Shown piece after piece: positions 32,484-42,871 of a stretch of 64,000 nt of DNA (positions are counted from its first letter, which is position 1; the number at the start of each line of letters is the position of its first letter). Source of the stretch: Hyaloraphidium curvatum SAG 235-1 (lineage: Eukaryota; Fungi; Monoblepharomycota); the NCBI GenBank assembly GCA_025558095.1, contig JAIVFI010000005.1:186001-250000 (forward strand). Reading direction: 5' to 3'. The notes beneath the pieces were generated by a model. That model saw only the letters and a program-made list of their open reading frames with translations. It made no database searches and had not been told where the DNA came from. The translations under genes were made by a program, and so were the position numbers.

Positions 32484-33851
32484 TCAGCGCTTCTTGGCCT
32501 GCTTGGCCGCGCGGCGCTGCCGCTCGAGCTCGCGCTCCTCCTCCGACTCGTCTGCAGGAACTGAATCAGCCTTACCCCTGGTAGCGGGCACGACGGCGCC
32601 TCGACGAACCGGTATCGTAGTCCCTCTTCCCCCTGCGCTTGTTCTTGAGCAGCATCAGCGCCGACGCCGACACCAGGCTCCCCTTGGGCGACGGCGCGGT
32701 GCGCTTCCACGCGGGAGGGGAAGTCGGCCCGGCACCGAGGACGAAGCCGGGGCCGGCTTTTTCCCAGTGCGACCCGCCGTCTGCGGGCTGGCCGGCCGGG
32801 CCCGACGCCTCGCCGGCCGCGGCATCCGCGCCGCCCGTCGCGCCAAACATCCCCGCCTCCCCCTTTGTCGGCCTCCCCCCGTCCACCCCCGGCGCGGCGA
32901 AAATGTCCGACATCCTCACCCTCTCCCAGTTCTTCCCCTCCTCGGCGATGATCTCCTCCACCGTCCTCCCCGTCAGCGCGCTCCGCGCCGTCCACGGCCT
33001 CTCGCACAGCTCCGCGTCCTCCCCGCGCTTCCCGGTCCCGTGCCCGCTCTTGCGCTTCACGAACCACCCCGACCCCTCGGCGGAGCGCGGGTCGGACTTG
33101 ACCTTGCCCCCGTACGACGCCGTTTTCCAGCGCGGCGGCGCCTCGAACCGGAACAGCGACCACCTGCCGCGCAGGCGCCGCCCGTGGAACACGATGCTGA
33201 GCTTCTTGGTGGCCCACTGCTCCGCGAACATGCGCGAATGGCGGGCGCGGTTGTACGTCCCCGGTGCGTCCGCCGAGGACGGGCCGTCGGCGTCCGAGTC
33301 GGAACCGGAGCCGTGCGCGCGCCGCGATTCGGCGGCCTTGTCGACGACTTCGAACCAGCCGATGTCGTAGCACTGCACGGAGCCGGCGCCGTAGCAGTCG
33401 GGCGGGATGTGGCCTTGGAGCGGGGGGGACCCTGAGCGCCGCGTCCCGTGCGGGCGGCAGGGAGACGAACCTTCGAAGGTGGCGTAGTTCTTTGCGTGGT
33501 CGTTGGTCTCCACCGCCAGCCGCTTGACCCCGGGGTCGTCGCTGAAGCCCTTCTTGACCGCCCAGCTCTTGAGCACGCCGCCGTGCTCCAGGCGCAGGTC
33601 GTAGTGCAGCCCCGCCTGTCTCCGCGTCAGCACCGCGGGCTCCCCGCGGGCACCGAGTGCCGAACCTGCTTCGCATCGTGCCGCTGCACGACGAACATGC
33701 GGCCGCACTCGAGCAGCGCGTCGAGCTCGGCGCGGGAGACGTGCGGGTGCGGGGAACTGAGGGGCGGCGGCGGGAGGGCGGAGCCGGCGGCACGGGGCGG
33801 GGGCGCGGGAGAGTCGGGGGACGGGCTGCGCGAGCCCGACGAGGTGGCCAT
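32484..33851 (-). CDS. stand-alone LigD 3'-phosphoesterase (PE) domain protein
   Basis: Spliced FVVQRHDAKQ/AGLHYDLRLEHGGVLKSWAVKKG..KRLAVETNDHAKNYATFEG/HIPPDCYGAGSV..YDIG..HGRRLRGRWSL..RSALTGRTVEEI. Basic NLS-like C-terminus, and the last exon is inferred. Confidence 0.85.
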
Positions 33852-34366
33852 CGTGGTCGATGGCCGGTGGAAATGGTGGGGGACGGGAGTCCCCGTCGGC
33901 CGCGCGGGAGCACGGTGGGGCGGGCACCTACCGCCGGCCATTCCCAGGCCGAAGCATCAATCCAATGTAATAAGCGTCGGCCAAGAACATCACAGATGAA
34001 CTCCAAAGCGTCTGGATCTGGGTTGTACAGGTGATGAGTGCGCCTTGCCGGGTCATGGCTGCGCCGGCCCAGCCGCATTAGAGATCAAGGGCGGCCCGGC
34101 GGCCAGCCGGATTCGTTGACCGAAGCAACGACTAGCTCTGATGGCTGCTAGACCTTCATGAAGACGGAATGTGTGTGTGAAGGGGGGGGCGATTGGAACT
34201 CCGCCGCAGCCGATCGATCCCCCACCTCAGCTGAACCCTTTCGGCCGTTCGGTGCTCGGTGCGCGGGCGTGATTCCCCGCGAGTGCCGCGCGGCGCCGGC
34301 AGCACACTGGAGCTCATCGCCCGCGTCGGGCGACCGGCGGTGCCGGGCGGGGCGGCGGGCGGCGGG

Positions 34367-35503
34367 ATGGCGGCGGACTCTTGCCGGCGGGCGGCGGGCG
34401 CGCGCACTCCGCGGCCGCCGTCCCTCCGGCGCCGTGCGGCGTGGCGCGCGTCGGCGTGGGCGACGGCGATGATGCTGCTCGTCGGGCTCGGCGGCCCGGA
34501 GGAGGGCCGCGCGCAGCTGTTCCAGGCCGCCGACGCCGCGGAGGGCCCCGCCGAGCTGCTCGCCGCGGACCTCGCGGAGAGGCAGCGCCAGGTGCTGCCC
34601 GGCGGGCCGGACGTGTCGGCAAACTACCCCGACGTCACCTCGCAGCCGTGCCCGAACTACCCATTCACGCAGACGGCTCGCTGCGGCCCGCAGCACGGCG
34701 GCCTGCGCTGCCGCTCCGACTACTGCTGCTCCGCCTGGGGCTACTGCGGAAACGAGAGCGACTGGTGCGAGTTCTCGTACGGCCTGGCGTGCCAGCTGGG
34801 GTACGGCAGATGCTGGTTCGACGAGACCGTGACGTGCACAAACGGGCCCACCCTGACGCCCGTCACGCGCACGCGCACCTCGACCGCAACGTCCTCCGCC
34901 CCGCCGACGACCACCGCTGCGCCGACCACCACGGTGGTGCCGACCACGGGGACCTCGCTCGTGACCTCCCGCCCGACGACGGCCACCACGGGCTCTGCGT
35001 TCACATCGAGCGCACCCGCGACCACAAAGACGGCGGCCACCACGAGCATTGCGCCGACGACGGCCACCACCGCCTCGCCGAGCACCGCCTCCCCGTCCAC
35101 CTCCTCGTTCGCCACCACCGCCGCGCCAACAACCCCGCGGCCCTCCACCACCACCCCTCCCACCCGCACGACCCCCAGCTCCACCCTCTCGACGACCACC
35201 ACCACCCCCTTCCCCTCGGACCTCGTCGACCCCGCCTGCTCCCCGTACTACGAACCCACCCCCACCCCCGGCCTCCGCGCCTTCCTCCGCTTCCTCCGGC
35301 GGCAGGACGACCTCCCCCCCGCGGACGCCTGCGTCCTCCCCAAACCCCCGCCCCGCCCGACGGAGCAGGCCCAGGGCGTCGCGCAGCAGTACGGCACCTA
35401 CGCCGCCGTCGGCGCGGGGGTGGTCGGCGCGGGGGCGCTGGGCGCGTGGGGGATCGGGGAGGCGTGGGCGCGGGGGAGGGGAAACCCGGCGGCCGTGGTG
35501 TGA
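34367..35503 (+). CDS. chitin-binding (hevein/CBM18) surface protein with Ser/Thr-rich stalk and hydrophobic C-terminus
   Basis: RCGPQHGGLRCRSDYCCSAWGYCGNESDWC..CQLGYGRC, about 120 aa of Thr-rich stalk, and C-terminal TYAAVGAGVVGAGALGAWGI. Confidence 0.85.
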   Translation: MAADSCRRAAGARTPRPPSLRRRAAWRASAWATAMMLLVGLGGPEEGRAQLFQAADAAEGPAELLAADLAERQRQVLPGGPDVSANYPDVTSQPCPNYPFTQTARCGPQHGGLRCRSDYCCSAWGYCGNESDWCEFSYGLACQLGYGRCWFDETVTCTNGPTLTPVTRTRTSTATSSAPPTTTAAPTTTVVPTTGTSLVTSRPTTATTGSAFTSSAPATTKTAATTSIAPTTATTASPSTASPSTSSFATTAAPTTPRPSTTTPPTRTTPSSTLSTTTTTPFPSDLVDPACSPYYEPTPTPGLRAFLRFLRRQDDLPPADACVLPKPPPRPTEQAQGVAQQYGTYAAVGAGVVGAGALGAWGIGEAWARGRGNPAAVV

Positions 35504-35593
35504 TCCCCACGTGGGGGGCGGCAAGGAATCCCCGTGAGGGGGGCGAGGAGGAATGTATTTGGCGATTTGGTATGCATCTCTGTCGGAACGGAA

Positions 35594-36577
35594 TCACCGC
35601 GCCCTGGCCCGCGCCCTGCCCGCGTCCTTCCTGCCCGCTGCTGCTGCCGGAGCCGCCGCCGGCGCCGGCGCCGAAACCGGGGCGAAGGAAATCGTAATCG
35701 CCGTGTTCGGCGGCACCGAGAAGGTCACCGGCGTCGCGCCGTCCTCCCCCGGCACCCCCACCGACACGGGCGCCGCCACCCCTCCACCTCCCCCCTGCGC
35801 GGGCGCAGGAGCGGGGGATGGCGGTCCCGCCGCCGCCCCCGCGGACTCGGACGCCGTCCTCCTCCGTCCGGACGCCAGCGAGGGCGTCCGCCTGCGCTCG
35901 ACGGCCGTGCTCGCGTTCCACGCGGGCGGTTCGTCCTTCTCGCGGTCCTTCTGGGACCATGTGGCGCGGCGGGTGCGCGGTTTGGGGGTTTCGGGAGGGG
36001 GCGAGGCTGTTGGCGGGGAAGGAGGGCGGGGAGCGGGCACAGGGTGGGGAGAGGGCGCGGGTGGGGAGACGGGAGAGGGAGCGGGGGCGTTCGTTCGCTT
36101 GTCCTTCTTGTCCTTCTGCATCCGCACGGGGGCGGAGGGTGGTTCCTCCCCCGTTGCCTGCCCGGCCGGCACCGGCGCAGGAGCGGCGACCCCCTCGGCC
36201 CGCGGCTGAGCATGCTGCACCCCCGCGTGCTCCGGGAACCCGTCGGGCGGGACCAGCCCGATCTGCTTGTAGTACGCCTGCCACGACGCCGGCGGCGGCG
36301 GGGCCATCCCCATCCCCATCCCCGGCGGCGGCATTGGCATCCCCGCCCCCGGGAACCCCCAGTACGCCTGCGGCGGCGGCGGGCAGTACCCCCCCGTCTG
36401 AGGAAACTGCGGCGCATAGGGCGACGCGGCCCTCTGCGGGGACGAGGCGAGGCCGGCCGACATGCGGCGCTCGTTCTCCATCGCCGCGCGGAGGTACGCG
36501 CGCATCTCGGCGAAGCGGTCCGGGGAGGCGGGGGTGAGGGAGGGGGTGGAGACGCCGGGGGACGGGGGGAGGGACAT
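35594..36577 (-). CDS. Pro-rich low-complexity hypothetical protein
   Basis: ORF from MSLPPSPG with Pro/Gly/Met/Tyr-rich segments and a basic patch KDKKDKR. No recognisable domain. Confidence 0.5.
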   Translation of the reverse strand: MSLPPSPGVSTPSLTPASPDRFAEMRAYLRAAMENERRMSAGLASSPQRAASPYAPQFPQTGGYCPPPPQAYWGFPGAGMPMPPPGMGMGMAPPPPASWQAYYKQIGLVPPDGFPEHAGVQHAQPRAEGVAAPAPVPAGQATGEEPPSAPVRMQKDKKDKRTNAPAPSPVSPPAPSPHPVPAPRPPSPPTASPPPETPKPRTRRATWSQKDREKDEPPAWNASTAVERRRTPSLASGRRRTASESAGAAAGPPSPAPAPAQGGGGGVAAPVSVGVPGEDGATPVTFSVPPNTAITISFAPVSAPAPAAAPAAAAGRKDAGRARARAR

Positions 36578-36713
36578 CTTGCTGCCGGAGGTGGGGCGGG
36601 CGGGAGGGAGGGAGGGAGGGAGGCGGAGTTGATGCGGAGTCGGAGTTGCATGCGGGGCGATTCGGCGGGTGAGTGGGGTGACCGACGCCGTAAACAAACA
36701 GGCTACGGGGACG

Positions 36714-37655
36714 ATGTCGGCGGCGATCGGGCGGGCGGTTCCCCGCGCGTTCGCGCTCTCTACGCGCCTGTTGAGACCGGGAATGCCGGCGGTGCCGCCG
36801 TTGGGCGCGTATCGGGGTCTCTGCGCCACCAGGCACGCGTCGGGGACGAACCTTCCTCTTGGGCCCTTCAGGCAGCAGTTTCTCTCCATTCGGACCGCGA
36901 ATCCTTGCCTATCGACGCTTTGGCGACAGCCCTGCGCCGCTCGGACCCCCGTTTCCCCCTTCTCCACCGCCCGGAGCCCCCCGGCCGCGCGCGCCGCCCC
37001 TGCTCCGCCTCCGCGCACCGTCGAGACGCGGACGTCCTCCCAGGCCTCGGAAGAGCCCGGCTTCGAGCTCATCTATGAATGCACGCCGGGCGTGAGACTG
37101 CAGCGGTGGTACGCCGTCGCGATGGCCGTCGCGGGCCCGCTCATCTGGCTTTACGTTTCGGCCGAGTATCCCGTCGAGAGCACCTTCATTTCCTTCCTCA
37201 TCAGTGGGCCTCCCGTCCCTACCGTTTTCTCCGCACGCTGACGCGCGCCGCCCGCAGTGACGCTCGCCGCCACCGGCACCGGCCTCATCACCTGGCTCAT
37301 CAGCCGCCGCGAGGTGTACCGCCTGTACCTCGGCCCCTCCCCCGCGCGATCCAAGCAGCACGCGCTGCGCCCCGACACCCCCGTTGTGGTGTACCGCCTG
37401 ACGATGGTCCCGAACCGGTTCCGGCGGTACGCGCTGCGCCTGGACGACCTGCAGTTCGAACCCAACTGGATCTTCTACAACTGGGGGTGCAGGCCCGCTT
37501 CGGGGATCAGGACGCCGCTGGGGACGAGGCAGAGGTTCCACGTGGACAAGGTGGAGCTGGAGAGGAGGGGTTACGTGAGGGTGTGGGACACGATAAAGGA
37601 GAGGACGGAGCCGGGTGTCAGGGGGGGGATCATGCGGAGGTGGACGAGGGATTGA
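36714..37655 (+). CDS. probable mitochondrial inner-membrane protein (TMEM70/TMEM186/TMEM223-like topology)
   Basis: Arg/Ala/Ser-rich N-terminus lacking acidic residues. ELIYE followed by two TM helices (intron at about 37204-37257) and then REVYRLYL. Confidence 0.55.
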
Positions 37656-37734
37656 GGGGCCGCGGGCTCGTCGTGGGGGCTGTCCGTCCCGGAGGTTGTC
37701 ATTGGGGCCAAGAGAAGAGACACCGATCGCGAGA

Positions 37735-38243
37735 TCAGAATTTGAGCTCCCTGCCTTCCTTCCTCATCTCCGCAATCACCTCCTGCGCGCTGCGGAACGC
37801 CTCGACGCCCGCAGGAGCGCCGCAGTACTTTTGGAAAGGGTCAGACGGTCGTCGGGAAGTGAAGGAACGCCGCCACCGACCACAGTGACCTGGAGCAACG
37901 CCTCCCGGATCTCCGTCAGCGTGCACCCGTTGTTGATCGCCCCCCTCACGTGGCCCTTGAACTCGGTGATCCGGTTCAGCGCCGAGAGCATCACCAGGTT
38001 GAGCAGCGACCTCGTCTTCAGGTCGAGCCCCGGGCGCGTCCAGATTTCGCCCCACGCCATCCCGCTGATGATCTCCTGCTGCGGCCGGTTGAACTCGTCC
38101 ACCGAGCCGAGCGCGCGGTCCACGTAGATGTCGCCCATGACCTTGCGGCGCACGTCGAGGCCGCGGGTGACCTGGTCCACGGTCATGGCGCTGTACGACT
38201 CGCGCTTGTCCAGCGGGGCGTGCTTCGAGGATGATTCCGACAT
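37735..38243 (-). CDS. carboxymuconolactone decarboxylase/AhpD family protein
   Basis: GLDVRRKVMGDIYVDRAL, AWGEIWTRPGLDLKTRSL, FKGHVRGAINNGCT..EIREALLQV and, after one intron, YCGAPAGVEAF. Confidence 0.9.
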
Positions 38244-38376
38244 CTTTTTCGGGGCGATTCGCGGGATGATGTGAGGAACCACTGGCGAATGGAGGAGCGG
38301 GTTGTGGCGGGCTCCCAGAAGCGCGTCGGACCGCGCCGGCGGGCGACAGTTTCTTCCGGGCGTCTCCCTCGACGCG

Positions 38377-39355
38377 ATGAAGATCGAAGGATCCACTTTC
38401 CTCCTCACCGGAGCCTCGACGGGCATCGGCAATGCCATCGCCCACCGCCTGGCCTCCCGCGGCGCCAAGATCATGCTGGCGAACCGCAATGCCGAGGCTG
38501 GCACAAAACTGCTCAACGAGCTCAAGGAAAAGTACAACTTGAGCGACAGCCAGGTCGCCTTCAAGCAGACGGACGTGGCGAATCTGGATGCTGTCCGGGC
38601 GCTCCACGAAGCGACGCTGCAGAAGTTCGGGACTTACGACGGCCTCATCAACGTGCGTCCCCAGTCTTCGCGGCTCGGAGGTCCTTCTCGTTCCTGACCG
38701 AGGACCGCAGAATGCCGGTTTCGGGTCCAAGCCCCTGCTGGACGAGATCCGCGACGAGACGGACAACTGGATCGAGTCCCTGACGGTCAACTACATCGGT
38801 GCGATGCTCCTGAGCAGGCTCGCCATGAGCCACTGGGCCAAGAAGCGCAAGACGGGCGTCATCATCAACTCGGGCTCCACGGCGTCGTTCGGGCTCCACA
38901 TGGACCTCTCCTACTCGGTCGCCAAGTCGGGCCTGAACTTTGCGACCCAGTCCATCACCGCCATGCTCGAGCGCTCCACGGACCCCGCGATCCAGAACTG
39001 CGCCCGGGTGAACACGCTCGCGATCGGGATCGTGTTCACGGACGCCTTCGCGAGGCGGTTCAAGAACGAGGAGGAGGTCATGAAGGACGGCTGGTGGGGC
39101 CGCATCGGTGGGTGCGGCTTGCAGACGGCCGGATCGCAATTCTCATGCCGGACGTTCTTCTCAGCGCGGTCGTTCGGTGGCTTTACCTCGATGGAGCTCA
39201 TGGTCGACCGCTACATCCAGCTCATCGAGGACGACACCCAGAAGGGCAAGGTCTACATCGTGCTCGGCAAGGAGCTCAAGGACGCGCCGCCGCACCCGCC
39301 CGGGGAGTACTACCTGCCGATGCAGAAGCTTCCGGAGCGCAAATCCAAGATTTGA
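38377..39355 (+). CDS. short-chain dehydrogenase/reductase (15-hydroxyprostaglandin-dehydrogenase-like)
   Basis: LLTGASTGIG, QTDVA, spliced LIN/NAG, IINSGS, YSVAK and RVNTLAIG. Two introns. Ends in SKI. Confidence 0.88.
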
Positions 39356-39739
39356 GACGTGTTTGCTGGAAGTCTGTGACTAGAAGCAACCAAAGCAAAT
39401 CGTTTGCGTTGCGCTGAATGGAGGCATCCTCTAGTCCGAAGGTGCAACCGCTATGGTCGACTGCCGCTGCAATGAATCCACCGCCCGCTTCACGGTGTCT
39501 TCGAACCGCGAGATCGGCGAGAATGCCGCCCAGCGACAACTGGGCCAAAGCATCGTTGCCTTCCTTTTTGATGGCTTCGGCGCGCCCCTGGCGCGATGCG
39601 CTCGCCATTGTCGCGGAGCGCGATATCAAGGAAAGGGCCCCCGTTTGCGAGTTACGACGTGATGACGGTACCAGTAGTGCATTGGGCGATCAACTCTACG
39701 TTGCACAAGATTCAAGGTAATCCATGAGCCGATCCATGG

Positions 39740-41317
39740 TCAATAGGGGCACACGTTCTCGACGCTGACCCTGGCCCCGAGCCCCCTGAGCACGCTCCAC
39801 AGCGCCACAAGCACGGTGACGCTCGTTACCAGAACAACTCTCACGCTGCTGAAGGTGACGGAGAAACCCGGAAAGGTGGCCTCGAGGTCCGGCGCCGCGG
39901 CGAGGCGTTCCAGGGTTTCGATGTGAGATGCCGGACGGGAGTGGATCGCGGCCTGTCGAGGGGTAAGCGGGAGCGAAGATGAAAGTACGAGGGCGCGAAG
40001 ACGGTTTGCGGCCAGGATATACAAAGAGGAGACGGTACGGATGCCCCCGTTCGCGAACGCATTTTCGAGGAGGTCCTTGACAATAAGCGTTCCACTCACT
40101 ACTGCCGAGCCCAAAATCCAGACAGGGATGCAGCCGGTGGCAGCCAGACAAATGACTCCGCTGAGAAACAGCTCCACGGCCAAGTTCACGACCAAGGACC
40201 GGCGGCCTCCGGCGCCCACCACTGTCCGCGTGCGCCAGACGGCAGCGAGCGCCTCGTGGAGTACTTGGTACTCTTCATCGCCGGAAGGTGGATCGGGGCC
40301 GTTGTCGCGCAACGCGGCAGCGCAGCGAGTCACGAAGCTATCCAAAGTCAGCGATGCCGCGCGGTTCTGCAAACGCTTCTCCAATCCGATCAAAAGGAAA
40401 TTCGGCTGAAAGAACCATGCGTTCAAGAAGTTGCAGCCGTAGACAATGCACAAGGCGGCGATGTTGACGGTGCCCAGCAGCCCAGCCCACCATACGGGCC
40501 AAAACTCCGCGGCCATCGTAACGAAGAGCGACCAGGAGCATAAAACCGACCAAACGAATACGCTTGAAGCCGTGCAAAACAAAAGGTAGACGACACGGAT
40601 CGCGCCGTCAACTCTGGGAAACCAGCCTGCACATTCCTCTCGATCGCAGGGGCAAAGTGCGTCGCCCGCTACGTGCTCAACCAAAGGGGAGCGTGTCGTG
40701 CCACTCATCGGTGAGCGCCCCCTAATCTGCAGCCACCGGACCAGTTGGGCACCGATGTGGGTGTCGAGAGGGTTGGATGATGGCTTCTCGGCTTCCACAT
40801 CCTCGTCTCTGACTCTGTTTGAAGAGCCCTCGCCTTTCGTTCGCCAAACTATGTGACGAAAGAAGCCGAACCCAAGTATCGTTATGTCCCACACGAGAAT
40901 GTGGACGGCAAAGGCGACGGTTGCCGATGCCATTGCCGCGGCGCTGTAGCGGCCCGTGGGCGGCAAGAAGTAAAAGACCAGGCCCCACAGCGGGACGCGG
41001 AGCAAGTCGTTTGGCAGACGATTGAACGTCGTGATGGTTGCGGAGATCTTCGAGAGCTGCAACGTGAAGACAGCGTGCAGAACCCGGAAAGGACGCAGCG
41101 CATCGAGCAACGCGTCGAGCGTCAAGGGGTCAGCTCTCCTCAGCTCTTCCGCACGATCGCTGTGCTTGGTGTCACGGTCGTAGGGGAAAGGGGACGCGGC
41201 GTACAGGATTGGAGCCGGAAAGACGACGAGCCACTCGCGATCCGAGAGTCGGAAAGGGGGCTCGACGACGATGCTCTCGCTCGCAGCGTGGACGCGCTCG
41301 TCCATTTCCAGATCCAT
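39740..41317 (-). CDS. multi-pass (about 7 TM) membrane protein of unknown function
   Basis: Intronless ORF of about 525 aa with roughly seven hydrophobic segments. C-terminus ATFPGFSVTFSSVRVVLVTSVTVLVALWSVL. Confidence 0.7.
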   Translation of the reverse strand: MDLEMDERVHAASESIVVEPPFRLSDREWLVVFPAPILYAASPFPYDRDTKHSDRAEELRRADPLTLDALLDALRPFRVLHAVFTLQLSKISATITTFNRLPNDLLRVPLWGLVFYFLPPTGRYSAAAMASATVAFAVHILVWDITILGFGFFRHIVWRTKGEGSSNRVRDEDVEAEKPSSNPLDTHIGAQLVRWLQIRGRSPMSGTTRSPLVEHVAGDALCPCDREECAGWFPRVDGAIRVVYLLFCTASSVFVWSVLCSWSLFVTMAAEFWPVWWAGLLGTVNIAALCIVYGCNFLNAWFFQPNFLLIGLEKRLQNRAASLTLDSFVTRCAAALRDNGPDPPSGDEEYQVLHEALAAVWRTRTVVGAGGRRSLVVNLAVELFLSGVICLAATGCIPVWILGSAVVSGTLIVKDLLENAFANGGIRTVSSLYILAANRLRALVLSSSLPLTPRQAAIHSRPASHIETLERLAAAPDLEATFPGFSVTFSSVRVVLVTSVTVLVALWSVLRGLGARVSVENVCPY

Positions 41318-41790
41318 TCCCGGCCCGAATTCACGGTTTGACGCTGCACACGGGTAGGGCAGGCTCCTGGAAGCGGGAGACAAACTGCGTGTTCAGCAAC
41401 CCCGAGCCCGAGATCCCAACCGTGGCCTCGGCCATTTCCCCCAAATCGATCGGAAATCATGCCGTACAACACTCTCCTTCTGCGGCAACCCAGATGAAGT
41501 ACTTCGCCCTTCCTGGCGATTGATCGATGCAGCTACCCGAGTGAAGAAGTGGATTATCGCGCGGGTCCGATCGGCGAGGCGCCTATGACCACTATACATG
41601 AAAGGGTCGATATTTCATGATCGTGAACCACTGGACATGAATATTCAGATGATCGAATCCATGCCCCTCGTGCTGCGTGTGCGGCGTGCGGAATCGGAAT
41701 CTCGGGATCTCCCGCCGCAACCCCGCGTCCCTGTGTGAGTCACGCAGCCACCAGACTCTCTTCCACTGCGAGCACGACAACGCAAGCAAC

Positions 41791-42867
41791 ATGTCAGACA
41801 CGACGGTCGGCAACCCCCGTGCGCTCGTCTTCCCCTTCCACCTTCGGACGGAGCCCATCGAAAGGCTCCTCGTTGCTTCGTTTAATGGCGACCCCGAGTT
41901 CGAGATGTTGGAGCCGCAGGTGTTCGACGATGCCGAGCTCGGCCGGGGCCTACGTGTGCTCGCGTACCGAAAGGACGGAAAGGTCGACGTCTACACCCAG
42001 CCTGGGCTGCGGTTCGACGCGGAAGGGTTCGACGTCGGGGCGGGGCTCGGCCAGCACGCGGAGGTGCCCATGGATCCGGCGCGCTTCGAAATCAGCGATG
42101 AAGGTGTGGACGTGGACATTGCCTTCACCGACGTCAAGGGGCGCCGGGTCGAGCTGTGCATCCGCGAGGCTCCCGGGGAGAACCTGCGTTTCCCCTTCCT
42201 GGCTCCCGTGGGAGCGGACGTGGCGGACCCCAAGAAGCTCTTTCTCGTAGACATGCAAGAGTTCGACTTTGTGCGGTCCGCTGGGACGATCTTTCGTGCA
42301 AGGGTGGGCGACTGCGAGCTCGTGCCCGCGTCATTTCCCATTCCGCGCAACTGGAATTGGGTTTACTTTGTGCGGTACGCATCCAAGCTTCTCATAGGCC
42401 AGGTGTGCCCGCCCGAGACGCGGCCGGTCGTCGGCCTGTGGGAGCCGACGTCGAAGGAGATCGAGGCCGGACCGATGCGCCTCGCCATAGATGCGCATGG
42501 GTCAGTCGAGCACGCGCGCGTGGCGACGCCCTCTGGGGATCTTCGGTTGTCGTTCAGCCCTGCGTTTCCGAATCTGGCAGGCTTAGACTTGGCGCCCGGC
42601 GGGAGCTTAGAAGGCTCATGGGACTACATCAGCGCGGGTTCGGTCTTGACGGGCGGCCGCTATGCGGTGCGGTGCGATGGCAAGGCGGCCTTGGTCACGC
42701 TAGACGTCACGCAGCCTTGGAGTCCAGTGGGGCTGCCCTTCGCTTTCCGTCTGTTCACCTTCGCGGTGAGCTCGTTCCGCATGTGGCCGACCACCTATCG
42801 CTGGGAGGCCAAAGTTGATCTGGAAAGCCTCGCACTGGACGGGCGATGGCAGCGCAAAGGCCGTTGA
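41791..42867 (+). CDS. hypothetical beta-rich protein, intronless, bacterial-looking
   Basis: 358-aa globular-looking ORF (LEPQVFDD..GRGLRVLAYRKDGKVDVY..FTDVKGRRV..FLAPVG..DFVR..FRMWPTTYRWEA). Function not recognised. Confidence 0.65.
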   Translation: MSDTTVGNPRALVFPFHLRTEPIERLLVASFNGDPEFEMLEPQVFDDAELGRGLRVLAYRKDGKVDVYTQPGLRFDAEGFDVGAGLGQHAEVPMDPARFEISDEGVDVDIAFTDVKGRRVELCIREAPGENLRFPFLAPVGADVADPKKLFLVDMQEFDFVRSAGTIFRARVGDCELVPASFPIPRNWNWVYFVRYASKLLIGQVCPPETRPVVGLWEPTSKEIEAGPMRLAIDAHGSVEHARVATPSGDLRLSFSPAFPNLAGLDLAPGGSLEGSWDYISAGSVLTGGRYAVRCDGKAALVTLDVTQPWSPVGLPFAFRLFTFAVSSFRMWPTTYRWEAKVDLESLALDGRWQRKGR

Positions 42868-42871
42868 AGCC

